This document shows, piece by piece, positions 34,674 through 43,930 of a stretch of 64,000 bases of DNA. The translations under genes and the position numbers were made by a program. The stretch's first letter is position 1; every line of letters begins with the position of its first letter. Below the pieces are notes generated by a model. The model worked only from the letters and a program-made list of their open reading frames with translations. It was not told the DNA's origin and ran no database searches. Source of the stretch: Candidatus Bilamarchaeum sp. (GTDB lineage Archaea > Micrarchaeota > Micrarchaeia > Anstonellales > Bilamarchaeaceae); NCBI GenBank assembly GCA_035455205.1, contig DATIFM010000015.1, forward strand, positions 1,986 to 65,985. The letters are read 5' to 3'.

Positions 34674-36028
34674 AGCTCCATCCTCTTTTCCTTCTCTGGT
34701 ATCCTAACATTCGCGTGCATGCCGCGGAAGTCTGCGGCGCGCTGGGTGTGCATGGGAACGAGGAGGCGCGGGCTGATTGCCTTTATCATTTGCGCGAGGT
34801 CCTTCTTGCTCGCGTGCCCGGAGCAGTGCGCCTTGTGGAATTTCACATTGAAGTGGCGCATCCAGTTCTCGAGCACGGTCCGCTCGTCCTCGTTCTCCTC
34901 GCCCTCGAGGAAGTGCTCGGAAGACGAGTAGATGTAGTCCGCGTTTTCCGGCCGGATGTAGACGAGCTCCACGAGCTTGTTGAAGCTCATGTGCATGACG
35001 AGCGACGCCTGGTTTTTGCGGACGTAGTCGGACGTTATCATCTTCGGCATGAACTTCCTCTCATAGATGTAATAGTCCTTTTCGTCGTAAGTCCCGCTTT
35101 TCGAGAGCCGGAAGTATACGAGTATGTTCTTGTCATTCATGACGTCCGGAAGCACCGGAATCTTGTCCTTCAGGCTGTCGAGTATGTACGCGAACTTGCT
35201 GTCCACGACGAGCTTCTTCCCGTTTTTCAATGCCGCGCGGTAGAACGACATGAAGCGGTCGATGTTCGACATCGAGAAGTACGCGAAGACGATGCCTTTG
35301 GACTCCCGGATTATCTTCCCGACCTTCTCCTCGACGTCGGCCTCGGTCATCGCCGGCTCTTCAGCGTCGCCCATCCGCGTCCCTTCGGAAAGCAGGACGT
35401 AAGGCTGTGATTCCGCGGCCTTTTCGATGAACTCGTGCGTCATGTTGCTCTGGGGGCCGTGGAGCCTGAAGTCGCCCGTGTATATGAGCGCGCCCTTGCT
35501 CGTGTGGACTATGAAGCCGTACGCTCCCGGCACGGAATGCTCGACATGCACCGGCTCGATTTCGAGGTGCTTGATTCTGATTCTGTCACCCGACTTGAAC
35601 AGGTGGATGTTATCGTGCTCGCCGATGTCCACGAGGGACGGGTAGAGCTTGTGGTATATCTCGAAGATTTTGTGCGTCCCGTGGCCCATATAGACAGGTA
35701 TCGACTCGTCGAGGAACTGGAGGTGGTTCGAGTGGTCGGAGTGGGAGTGCGATATGAACACGGCATCGATGTCCGGCTTCTCGTATTTTACGTCCGTGCG
35801 CTCCAGCATTGTCTTGCTGTAGAGGCGCGGGACCTTCGGCATCAGGCCGAACTCGAAATACACCTCCAGGCCGTTTGCGGCCCTTGGCTGGAGGTATTCG
35901 TAGAAATAGTCCTCGCCGAAGTCGAAGCTCTGGCCGAAGTCGAGGTAAATCCTCGCGTCAAGGTCCTCGAGGAGTATCTTGTTCCCCCCGATTTCGTTCG
36001 CCCCGCCGTAGAATGTGAGTGAGACCAT
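34670..36028 (-). CDS. MBL-fold/beta-CASP ribonuclease (archaeal RNase J-like)
   Basis: The N-terminus LTFYGGANEIGGNKILLE and the metallo-beta-lactamase motif ISHSHSDHSNHL. At 452 aa it lacks the bacterial C-terminal domain. Confidence 0.8.
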   Translation of the reverse strand: MVSLTFYGGANEIGGNKILLEDLDARIYLDFGQSFDFGEDYFYEYLQPRAANGLEVYFEFGLMPKVPRLYSKTMLERTDVKYEKPDIDAVFISHSHSDHSNHLQFLDESIPVYMGHGTHKIFEIYHKLYPSLVDIGEHDNIHLFKSGDRIRIKHLEIEPVHVEHSVPGAYGFIVHTSKGALIYTGDFRLHGPQSNMTHEFIEKAAESQPYVLLSEGTRMGDAEEPAMTEADVEEKVGKIIRESKGIVFAYFSMSNIDRFMSFYRAALKNGKKLVVDSKFAYILDSLKDKIPVLPDVMNDKNILVYFRLSKSGTYDEKDYYIYERKFMPKMITSDYVRKNQASLVMHMSFNKLVELVYIRPENADYIYSSSEHFLEGEENEDERTVLENWMRHFNVKFHKAHCSGHASKKDLAQMIKAISPRLLVPMHTQRAADFRGMHANVRIPEKEKRMEL

Positions 36029-36030
36029 GT

Positions 36031-36714
36031 TCAGCCCTCCAGTTCCTCGACAACCTTCAGTAAATCCTCGAATTTCCCGATTTCAAAATCCGCCTTCACA
36101 TCGCTTCTCCTCCCCATCGCGCCGTACTTGGCAAGGCACGTCTTCATGCCCGCGTCCCTCGCGCCCAAAATGTCGCGCTCGGAGTTGTCCCCCACGAAAA
36201 GCACCGCTTCGGGAAGGACGCCGAGCTTTTTGAGGGCGAGGTTGAACACCGAAGGGTGCGGCTTGTTCTCCATCGTGTCCTCATGCGTAACGACGAAGTC
36301 GAACGCGTCGTGCAGCCCGGTGAGAATCAGCCTCTGCCATGCCTTGTTCCTCGGCGCGTCAGTCACTATGCCGAGCTTGTATTTCCCGGCAAGGCGCGAG
36401 AGCGCCGGCCGCACGGAGGGGTAGGAGCGGAGGACGCGGAATTTCGTCTCGAGGTACGCAAGTATCGCCGCCTGCTGTATCCTCTCGGCCTGGTTTATCT
36501 CGAGGCCGAACGGCTTCACGACTTCGTAGAATGTTTTCTGGTATTCTATGCCCCTCTCGTCGTAGACTGAGAAAATCTTCCCGTACGCCTGGAGTTCCGT
36601 AGCGGGGAGGCCGTGCTTCACCATCGCAGCAGCCGCGGCTTTCGCGGTCTCGACCTTGAAGTGCAGGAAATTGATGAGCGTGTTGTCCAGGTCGAAAAGT
36701 ATCGCTTTGAGCAT
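36031..36714 (-). CDS. HAD-superfamily hydrolase (subfamily IA)
   Basis: Motif I AILFDLDNTL, motif II GIVTDAP and motif III/IV K....FVGDNSERDILGA. Confidence 0.9.
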   Translation of the reverse strand: MLKAILFDLDNTLINFLHFKVETAKAAAAAMVKHGLPATELQAYGKIFSVYDERGIEYQKTFYEVVKPFGLEINQAERIQQAAILAYLETKFRVLRSYPSVRPALSRLAGKYKLGIVTDAPRNKAWQRLILTGLHDAFDFVVTHEDTMENKPHPSVFNLALKKLGVLPEAVLFVGDNSERDILGARDAGMKTCLAKYGAMGRRSDVKADFEIGKFEDLLKVVEELEG

Positions 36715-36768
36715 CGTTTTGGTTATGCTCTCTTGGTTTAAAACGGCTTCAGGCGGGGCGTTTCCGCG

Positions 36769-37359
36769 CTAGTTCAGGAAGACGTCGCTGTTGCGGAGCC
36801 GCTCCAGCGAGTCCTCGAGCATTTCGCGCAGGTTCGGGTCGGGCGGTTCCGAGGCGAGCAGCTTTTCGAGCGGCCCTATCGCCGACTTGTCGCCGATGTG
36901 GCCGAGCGAGTGAACCACGTCCGTGAGCGCGAGGGTTTCGCCGCCCTGCGCATAGCTTTCGAGCATCTCGAGGAGCATCGGCACCGCGCCGGAGAACATG
37001 CCGGGGTTGGCCGCGGCGATGGCGGAGAAAATCCAGACTTCGTCGGAGGGAACCGCCGGGTTGAAGCGCCTTTCCAGCTCCGGGACGAGCGCGATTATCT
37101 CGGGGTGGCCCGGGTTGTAGAGGATTATGAGCGGTATGACTTCTATGGCCTCGCCTATCAGCTGGTCGCCGCGGGCAACAAGCTCCAAGAGCGCCGGGAG
37201 CGCATTTGCGTCCTTTTTGTCGCCTGCCTCGTTTATCGCGCGCAGCTTTGCCATCCCGTCGCTCCCGAGGAGCCGGGATTCCCACGAATCGACGAGCGGC
37301 TCGGGCTTCAGGTCGCGCTTCTCCGCATCCCCAGCCGGTCTTTTCCAGAAAAGCTTCAT
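36769..37359 (-). CDS. HEAT repeat protein
   Basis: 196 aa. Repeats of the type ALPALLELVARGD..., IIALVPELERRF..., AVPMLLEMLESYA... and AIGPLEKLLASEPPDPNLREML. Confidence 0.65.
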   Translation of the reverse strand: MKLFWKRPAGDAEKRDLKPEPLVDSWESRLLGSDGMAKLRAINEAGDKKDANALPALLELVARGDQLIGEAIEVIPLIILYNPGHPEIIALVPELERRFNPAVPSDEVWIFSAIAAANPGMFSGAVPMLLEMLESYAQGGETLALTDVVHSLGHIGDKSAIGPLEKLLASEPPDPNLREMLEDSLERLRNSDVFLN

Positions 37360-37414
37360 CCAGAGCGGATTTAGCCCGGAGGGAATTTAAAGTATTCGTT
37401 GTAAGTGTAAACTA

Positions 37415-37951
37415 ATGGTTAGCTACGCCGTATTGAGAAAACTCTCCTCAGCCCGCAACAGTGCGGGCGACGCGGGGCTCGGCGGGACGGCCGAGCGCCT
37501 CGACATCCTGCGGAGGCGCCTTGCCGAGTACAAGGACATTCCGGCAGAAGGCCGGGAAAAGAGGCTCAGGTGGGCCGCAGGGAAAGTGGAGGACACCCGC
37601 GAGACGCTCAGGAAGGAGCTGTGCGCAATGGGTGACGAGACGCGGAGGGAAATCGAGCACAGGAGCGGCGACGGCGCAATACTTGCCAAGGGCGCAGGCT
37701 TCCTCGCATTCGCGTGGCTGACCTTCAGGGCCATCGACGCGATAGAGGACCACGCCTTCCTTCTGATAGCCGGCGGAATAGCCGCATTCACGGCCTTCAC
37801 CGGCTTCATCGACAATTTCATAGGGCCGGTTTCATTTGAAAAGACGAAAAACGGGATAGAGGATGCGCTTTCGCAGTGCGCGAGGGCGATAGAGCGGCGC
37901 AGGGACGGGCTGAAGGGAATCGCGGCTTGCGCCCGGCCTGAGGAGTCCTAG
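37415..37951 (+). CDS. Helical membrane protein, paralog of 41706..42206
   Basis: 178 aa. L.KLSSARN.A..AGL....RL..(I/L)R...........P......R..WA.G..E and GAILAK+G followed by two TM helices are shared with 41706..42206. Confidence 0.65.
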   Translation: MVSYAVLRKLSSARNSAGDAGLGGTAERLDILRRRLAEYKDIPAEGREKRLRWAAGKVEDTRETLRKELCAMGDETRREIEHRSGDGAILAKGAGFLAFAWLTFRAIDAIEDHAFLLIAGGIAAFTAFTGFIDNFIGPVSFEKTKNGIEDALSQCARAIERRRDGLKGIAACARPEES

Positions 37952-38059
37952 GCCGCGGAAATCCTCCCCCGCAACACTTATTTTCCGCAAAGCCGCGTCT
38001 TCAGCCGGTGATAGGATGAGAAGGAGCGAATTGTTCGTCAACGCACTGGGGCTATTCGA

Positions 38060-38329
38060 ATGGGAAGGACAATACCGAGCGTAAGCCGGAGGATAGAGGA
38101 GCGCATGGCGAGGTGGGAGAATTTCGCGAGGCACCTGCGCGGCGATGAGAGGGAGGCGTTCGGGAGGCTGGCGCGGGCCGTGAAGGACATGCGCGGGGCC
38201 ATCGATGCGGCGGACGAGCCGGACCTGGCTGTGGCGATGCTCCTTGCAATAGCGGTGCATATCGAGGCGGAGAATGAACGGGCTGGAAGTCAGGAGAGGA
38301 AAGGTCAGGAGCGGCTACCCGGAGCTTGA
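38060..38329 (+). CDS. Hypothetical small protein
   Basis: 89 aa and Arg/Glu-rich. It overlaps the next gene by 56 nt. Its coding status is uncertain. Confidence 0.4.
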   Translation: MGRTIPSVSRRIEERMARWENFARHLRGDEREAFGRLARAVKDMRGAIDAADEPDLAVAMLLAIAVHIEAENERAGSQERKGQERLPGA

Positions 38330-38936
38330 GCGGGCGCTCTCCATAGGCACGGGCATCGTCACGATAAGGTGCGCGCACGCGCAATGGCTCTTCGACCTCG
38401 TCGCCAATATGATGGTGAGGAATTACTCGGCGGGAAGGCGCATCCTCTACATGCACTGGGTGGACTACCACGAGCGGTACTGGAGCTTCGACTACGACCG
38501 CGTGCTCGGAATCGCGAAGAGGGCCGGCGCGGACGCGGAGGGGCTTTCCGAGAGCGTGATATTCCTGCGCGCCTTCTCGAGGGACAACGTGGAGGTGGAG
38601 GAGAACTGGAAAAGGACGGCAGAGGCCGGGAAGTTCGACCTGATAATACTCGACTCGGTGGGCGAGCTTTATTCTGAGAAGAAGGAGGGGAGCAAGGCCA
38701 TGACGTATTCAATCGGGAAGTTCTCCCAGCTCTGCACAAGGAACGACTGCGTCGGGATAGTGCTGGACAGGATGGGGGGCAGGCTGCACAACTACCTCGC
38801 GCACGTCTCTTCGGTGATACTGGAAATCGAAGTGTCCCGCGAGATAGCTTTCACGATACTGAAGCACCCGTGCATGGCCGAGAGTTCCGAGGCATTCCCG
38901 CGCGACGGGCAGTACAGGCTGGCAAGATGGCTCTAG
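38274..38936 (+). CDS. RadB/KaiC-like RecA-superfamily protein lacking the Walker A P-loop
   Basis: The layout matches RadB: SGYPELERALSIGTGIVTI (where G..GsGKT would follow, it reads RCAHAQWLFDL), Walker-B-like FDLIILDSVGELY, and the C-terminal VILEIEVSREIAFTILKHPCMAES...F. Confidence 0.6.
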   Translation: MNGLEVRRGKVRSGYPELERALSIGTGIVTIRCAHAQWLFDLVANMMVRNYSAGRRILYMHWVDYHERYWSFDYDRVLGIAKRAGADAEGLSESVIFLRAFSRDNVEVEENWKRTAEAGKFDLIILDSVGELYSEKKEGSKAMTYSIGKFSQLCTRNDCVGIVLDRMGGRLHNYLAHVSSVILEIEVSREIAFTILKHPCMAESSEAFPRDGQYRLARWL

Positions 38937-40801
38937 CATTCCTGCTGAACGCGTATGTGGAGCGCGGCGGCGTGCGCCTTCTTTTCAAGGGCGAGTGCGG
39001 GCGCTTTTCAATCCGCGACAGGTACGAGCCGTATTTCTACATAATATGCAGGAACCCCGACGAGACGCGGTGGCTTATTTCCCAGCACCCCTCGGTCACC
39101 CGCGCGTCCATAGAGGAAAGGTTCCAGGATTTGCGGAGCCGGGAGAAGGCGCCCCTCGTGAGGGTTCAGTGCGGGCTCGGGGATTTTCGGGAAGTGGTGC
39201 AGGATGCGAGAAAGCTCGAGGGCATCAGCGAGATAGCGGAAACGTCGGTGCCGCACTATTACCGCTACGTGATGGACAACGGGCTGAAGTTCTTCGGCGC
39301 GTACGAGCTGAGTGGCGGGAAGTTCAGGCCCGCCGGGAGCGAGGCCCTTCCCGAGCTCGATTGCGCGCTCTGGAGGGGCGGACCGATACCGGATGCGGAC
39401 GTTGTCTTCACGGACGGGGGCGACTATTCCCTGCGGGGGGCAAGGGGCGTTCTCCAGTCCACGCTCGGCTGCTTCCTCCCCGAGTCCCTGCACATCGACC
39501 TGAGGCAGGACAGGGACCACGACATCTACAACGAGGGGGGAAGCGCCGGGCCGGAGGACGACGCGCGGCTGATGGCCGCCGGCAGGGAGAGGCTGATTCG
39601 GATAATCGAGCTTTCGCAGATATCAGGGGCGAAGCCAGACCTGATTCCGAGGATAAGCCCGGGCAAGCTCAACTGCTACCTCCATATGAGCGCCGCAAGG
39701 AAGGCCGGCCACATAGTCCCTGATATCCGCAAGTCGGTCGAGAGGCCCAAAAGCATGAAGCTATTGAAGAAGATGGACCGGGGCGGGACGATAATCTACC
39801 CCAAGCCCGGCATTTTCCGCAATGTCGCCAAGTGCGACTTCTCCTCGCTCTACCCGAGCATAATAGTGAACTGCAACATCAGCCCGGAAACGATGCACTG
39901 CGGATGCGGGGACGATGCGATTGTGCCCGAAACCGGCTGGAGGATATGCCGCAGGCGGGGCCTGATACCCGAAGGCCTCGAGCCCGTGCTGCGCAGGCGG
40001 CTGGAGCTGAAGGCGGAAATGCGCGCGAGCAGCGGCGAGCAGAGAAAAAAATGCGACATACGGCAGAAGGCGCTCAAGAACATTTTGGTCACCTGCTTCG
40101 GCTACATGGGCTACAGCAATTTCGTATTTTCAAACGTGGAGACCAAGGAATGCGTGATGCACTACGGCAGGGTCATCATGGAAAGGACCAAGGACATCGC
40201 GGATTCGATGGGCCTTGATGTCCTCTACGGATACGTGGACAGCATATTCGTGGCAGGCGGGAGCCGCGACGACTACAGCGAGTTCATGCGGGCGGCGGGC
40301 GCGGAGTTCGGAATCGAGCTCGCCCTCGACTGCACGTTCGACTCGGTAGCATTCCCGCGCGGTGCGGCCGGGTGCGCGGCCGCGAACCACTATTACGGCA
40401 TCACGGATTCCGGGGAGATAGAGGCGCGCGGCATAGCGTACAGGCATTCGGACGCGCCGCTTTTCATAAAAAGATACCAGGGGGAGGCGATGCGCGCCTT
40501 CCTCGGAAATGACAGCGGAGGCTTCGAAGCGGCGTATGAAAAGTGCAGGGCCGGGCTCCTCGGCAGGGAATTCCCCCTCGACGAACTCAAGATAGCGAGG
40601 CGGCTCCGCAAGGAGTCCTACAAGGCCGCCCAGCCGCACGTGCGGGCATACATGCAGTCGCACGACAAGAGCGGCTTTGTAGAGTTCGTCTACACGGCCT
40701 ACGGCCCCAAGCCGATGGAACTCGCGCGCATTGAAGAGATAGACGCGGGAAAATACCTTGCCCTCCTCGCGCGGGCGCGGAAGGAACTTGTAAATTTTTA
40801 A
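38927..40801 (+). CDS. polB: Family B DNA polymerase, short form with degenerate exonuclease motifs (PolB2-like?)
   Basis: Motif A is CDFSSLYPSII and motif B-like is KALKNILVTCFGYMGY. Motif C reads YGYVDS instead of YGDTDS (40226-40243). Exo I position is LDCALW instead of FDIE. At 624 aa it is far shorter than replicative archaeal PolB. The start is at MALAFLLNAY, overlapping the previous gene. Confidence 0.8.
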   Translation: MALAFLLNAYVERGGVRLLFKGECGRFSIRDRYEPYFYIICRNPDETRWLISQHPSVTRASIEERFQDLRSREKAPLVRVQCGLGDFREVVQDARKLEGISEIAETSVPHYYRYVMDNGLKFFGAYELSGGKFRPAGSEALPELDCALWRGGPIPDADVVFTDGGDYSLRGARGVLQSTLGCFLPESLHIDLRQDRDHDIYNEGGSAGPEDDARLMAAGRERLIRIIELSQISGAKPDLIPRISPGKLNCYLHMSAARKAGHIVPDIRKSVERPKSMKLLKKMDRGGTIIYPKPGIFRNVAKCDFSSLYPSIIVNCNISPETMHCGCGDDAIVPETGWRICRRRGLIPEGLEPVLRRRLELKAEMRASSGEQRKKCDIRQKALKNILVTCFGYMGYSNFVFSNVETKECVMHYGRVIMERTKDIADSMGLDVLYGYVDSIFVAGGSRDDYSEFMRAAGAEFGIELALDCTFDSVAFPRGAAGCAAANHYYGITDSGEIEARGIAYRHSDAPLFIKRYQGEAMRAFLGNDSGGFEAAYEKCRAGLLGREFPLDELKIARRLRKESYKAAQPHVRAYMQSHDKSGFVEFVYTAYGPKPMELARIEEIDAGKYLALLARARKELVNF

Positions 40802-40824
40802 AGAATTGCCATTAATGTCTGGAT

Positions 40825-41709
40825 ATGTATGCGGTGCGGGACGCGTCGCTCAGGGAGCGGCGCAACGGATTCATGAAAGCGAGGGACGGGGTCCTCGTCG
40901 AGTATTCCTATTTCGACAGGAAAGCCGAGACGACAATCGCGTTCATCAACGGCTGGGGGACCGTCAGCTTTTCGGAATGGGCAAGGCAGGTGCGCCTTGC
41001 CGACCACAACCTGCTGATGCACAACAGCCGGGGCATGGGGAGGAGCGGCCTCGGCAGCGGCGACTACCTCCACAACGAGGCAGGAGACCTCGGCGAGCTG
41101 ATTACGCATGTCGGCGCCAAGGGGGTGCACCTGGTCGGCCACAGCATGGGCGGGCTCATAGGGACATTGTTCCTTTCGAGGTACCGGAACGGCGCGGACA
41201 TACGCACGATGACATACGTCTGCTCGCCGGACGGCGACCCCGTGGAGACGTTCTCGCTCAAGGGGATACTTAGATTCGACGTGGACAGGGCGATTTCGTC
41301 CTATGAGAGCGGGTTCCTCGGGGAGCTTGCATCGCTTGCAGAAAGGAGCAGGGCGGCCGAGGCGCTCGCATACGTGGCCACCTTCGGCGGGGGCGTCCGA
41401 TTCCACAGGGGGGAGTTCTCGCGGCTCTACCATAATTTCCTTGCCCACAGGGAAGCCGTCGCGAAGGCTCTCAAGTCGATGAGGGAAAACGGGGAGGAGA
41501 TAGGCGGGATGCTGAAGGACGTGGACGTCCCGGCATTGATAATCGCGGGCAGGTACGATTTCCTCGTGGAATACACGGCCGCGAAAAGGATGCACGGGGA
41601 GATTCCGCAGTCGAAACTGGTGATATTCGAGAAATCCAGCCACGCGCCGATGTTCGAGGAGCCCGCGCGCTTCAACCAGGTCCTTTCGGACTTTCTGGAG
41701 TACAGATGA
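40825..41709 (+). CDS. Alpha/beta hydrolase
   Basis: HLVGHSMGG nucleophile elbow, a late AGRYDFLV and SSHAPMFEEP (His). Confidence 0.9.
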   Translation: MYAVRDASLRERRNGFMKARDGVLVEYSYFDRKAETTIAFINGWGTVSFSEWARQVRLADHNLLMHNSRGMGRSGLGSGDYLHNEAGDLGELITHVGAKGVHLVGHSMGGLIGTLFLSRYRNGADIRTMTYVCSPDGDPVETFSLKGILRFDVDRAISSYESGFLGELASLAERSRAAEALAYVATFGGGVRFHRGEFSRLYHNFLAHREAVAKALKSMRENGEEIGGMLKDVDVPALIIAGRYDFLVEYTAAKRMHGEIPQSKLVIFEKSSHAPMFEEPARFNQVLSDFLEYR

Positions 41710-42206
41710 TGCGGACCGGAATCCTCTCGAGGCTCGCCTGTGCGAGGAACTTTGCAGAGCAGGCCGGCCTCTACGAAACATCCTGCAGGCTCGAGGAGAT
41801 ACGGAAGGAGATGAGCCGGTTCCACGAGCTCCCCCGCGAGCGGCAGGCATACAGGGCCGCATGGGCCCTTGGCAGGGCGGAGGAGGCGAAAAACGCCATG
41901 GAGCGCGAGCTTTCGCCCGGTATGGAAAGGACGGTGAAGGACAGGCGTGCCGACAAGGACTCGGGGGCGATACTTGCCAAAATCGGCCTTTGCATCTGCA
42001 CTATGTTCGGGGGGATGCTGGCCCTGATGGCCAATGAGAGCCACCGCATACTCACCGGCGCGGCATTCGTCATAGGGACGGTTGCGGCGGCGTTCACGAT
42101 AGACAGCATGATAGGGTCAAAGGAGCCGCAGGAAACCGCGGAGCAGGTCCGGAAAACGCTCGACGAGCTCCGCAGGGCGCTCACGTGCCGCATGCTCGGC
42201 AGATAA
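41706..42206 (+). CDS. Helical membrane protein, paralog of 37415..37951
   Basis: 166 aa with an ATGA overlap with the hydrolase. See 37415..37951 for the shared motifs. Confidence 0.65.
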   Translation: MMRTGILSRLACARNFAEQAGLYETSCRLEEIRKEMSRFHELPRERQAYRAAWALGRAEEAKNAMERELSPGMERTVKDRRADKDSGAILAKIGLCICTMFGGMLALMANESHRILTGAAFVIGTVAAAFTIDSMIGSKEPQETAEQVRKTLDELRRALTCRMLGR

Positions 42207-42233
42207 TAAATACGTTCATGCGCATAAACCATC

Positions 42234-42866
42234 ATGGATTTCAATTTCATCGAGAGGAAGGAGTTCAAGATACTCGTTCTCCTCGTCATACCCTTCCTCT
42301 ACGGCCTGGTGCTACCGCACAAGGAGCTGATAGTTAGCGGCGGGGCAGGCTCGCCCGGCGAGGGCGGGCTGCAGAACGACACCTCGCTGGACTACAACTC
42401 GGTGCAGGTCGAGACGGTGCCGGGGGAGGTCAACTCGGTATTCGCGCTCGGGAAATACTTATCGTTCTGGCCGCTCGTCTCGTTCAGCGACCCCGAAATA
42501 TGCTTCGAGGACAACGGGAGCTACGTCGCATACCCCAACGGGACAAAAATAACCGCGGCCATAATCTGGAACATAACGGTGGGGAACCGGAGCATCGAGC
42601 TCCAGCAGGGGCAGAGGGCGTGCGAGGCGGTCGCTTTCGGGCATAACGTGTCGTACCGCTGGGTCGGGAAGCTATTCTTCCTCGTGGAGACGAACGAGAG
42701 CGCAGGCGGCGTGAAAGTCGTGCCGCAGACGAGCACGTACCACAGGTTCGGCTATGACTACGGGATACTGCAGGGAATCGCGCTGATACCTGCGTTCTAC
42801 CTGCTTTTCTGGTATCCCCTCATCGGGATACTGAAGAAGATAGACAAGGGATGGAAGGAGCAGTAG
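42234..42866 (+). CDS. Membrane protein with a large extracytoplasmic loop (N- and C-terminal TM helices)
   Basis: 210 aa. The TMs are FKILVLLVIPFLYGLVL and IALIPAFYLLFWYPLIGIL. The central domain carries N-x-S/T sequons. Confidence 0.6.
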   Translation: MDFNFIERKEFKILVLLVIPFLYGLVLPHKELIVSGGAGSPGEGGLQNDTSLDYNSVQVETVPGEVNSVFALGKYLSFWPLVSFSDPEICFEDNGSYVAYPNGTKITAAIIWNITVGNRSIELQQGQRACEAVAFGHNVSYRWVGKLFFLVETNESAGGVKVVPQTSTYHRFGYDYGILQGIALIPAFYLLFWYPLIGILKKIDKGWKEQ

Positions 42867-43865
42867 CTATTCGCTTTTGATGTGGGAGAAGAAGTCCGCG
42901 ACGACGCTCCTGAACGACTCGAACTCGTGCTGGGGCGGCGGGGGGGAGGCGCTCATGCGCCGCAGTATGAACGTCAGCCTCATGAAGTCCAGCTCCAGCC
43001 TGCCCAAATCCATCTTTTCGGCCTTTACCGCGTCAAGGAGGCCCTGTGTCTGGCGCGCGAGCTCCGCGACAGAATTTGCGTTCCAGCCTCCCGCGCCGGT
43101 CTTCTCTACGAACGCGCAGAGGGCTGAAAGGCTCGCCCGGGAGGTGCTGGCCGAGCCCGTGATGTCAGCGGCGAAAATCCGGATCACGTCGCTCTGCGCG
43201 ATATAGACCGCGCTCCTCCGGAAAACCCGGTTTCCGCTTTTCACGACGTCCGAGATGCCCTTCAAGGTCCCGTTCCTCATCAATGGGGCGGCCTCGCGGA
43301 TTCCGGCGAGTATCGGGCTGTTCTCCATGATGGGGAACGCCTTCTTGGCAGCCTCGTTCCGGAAGCTCGAGAAGCCGAGGGCTATCGAGTAGTCGATGAC
43401 GGGGAAGGGGTAGAATATCTGGGGGCCGTCCCTCTTTTCCCTGAAGCACACCTGCAGGACGCCATCCAAGAGCGACGCCCTGCGCTCGAAGTTCCGGCCT
43501 ATGGCGCTGTAGTCGGGCAGCGTCGCATTCCGCCCGGCCGTGAGCTCCTGCGCCGCCTCCTTCCAGCCCGAGAGCGCCGGGTGCTCCAGCCCCTTGGGGC
43601 GTATCTCGGGGAAGCGCTCGAGGGAAGCGTTGTTGAGCATGAGCACTTTCCCGAGTTTCACATCGACAAGGATGATCGGGTCGGGAAATGCCTGCAGCGC
43701 AGATGCTGCGCGGAGCGCCTTCGCGAGCTCGTCCATAGCGGCCCCGTCCAGCGCGCCGACTATGCCCTCGGACTTTATCTTCAGCTTCTGGAGCTCTGCT
43801 GTAAGCCTGGACGCAGGCGTTTCAAATCCCCTGAGTGTGGGTGAAATAGTCTTTCGTTCGGTCAT
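42867..43865 (-). CDS. Hypothetical protein with PAS-like segments
   Basis: 332 aa. FPDPIILVDVKLGKVLMLNNASLERF resembles a PAS N-terminal strand/helix. No kinase or output domain is seen. Confidence 0.5.
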   Translation of the reverse strand: MTERKTISPTLRGFETPASRLTAELQKLKIKSEGIVGALDGAAMDELAKALRAASALQAFPDPIILVDVKLGKVLMLNNASLERFPEIRPKGLEHPALSGWKEAAQELTAGRNATLPDYSAIGRNFERRASLLDGVLQVCFREKRDGPQIFYPFPVIDYSIALGFSSFRNEAAKKAFPIMENSPILAGIREAAPLMRNGTLKGISDVVKSGNRVFRRSAVYIAQSDVIRIFAADITGSASTSRASLSALCAFVEKTGAGGWNANSVAELARQTQGLLDAVKAEKMDLGRLELDFMRLTFILRRMSASPPPPQHEFESFRSVVADFFSHIKSE

Positions 43866-43930
43866 CCGCTTCCCGGAACCATAATGTTGGCAAAGGGTTA
43901 AAAAGATGGAATTATTTAAGTTGTCAATAT

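Noticed and set aside
37415-42206. The PolB block as a casposon or protein-primed-PolB mobile element.
   Set aside because: There is no Cas1, terminal protein, integrase or recognisable terminal inverted repeats. The flanking similarity is between two genes on the same strand, not inverted termini.
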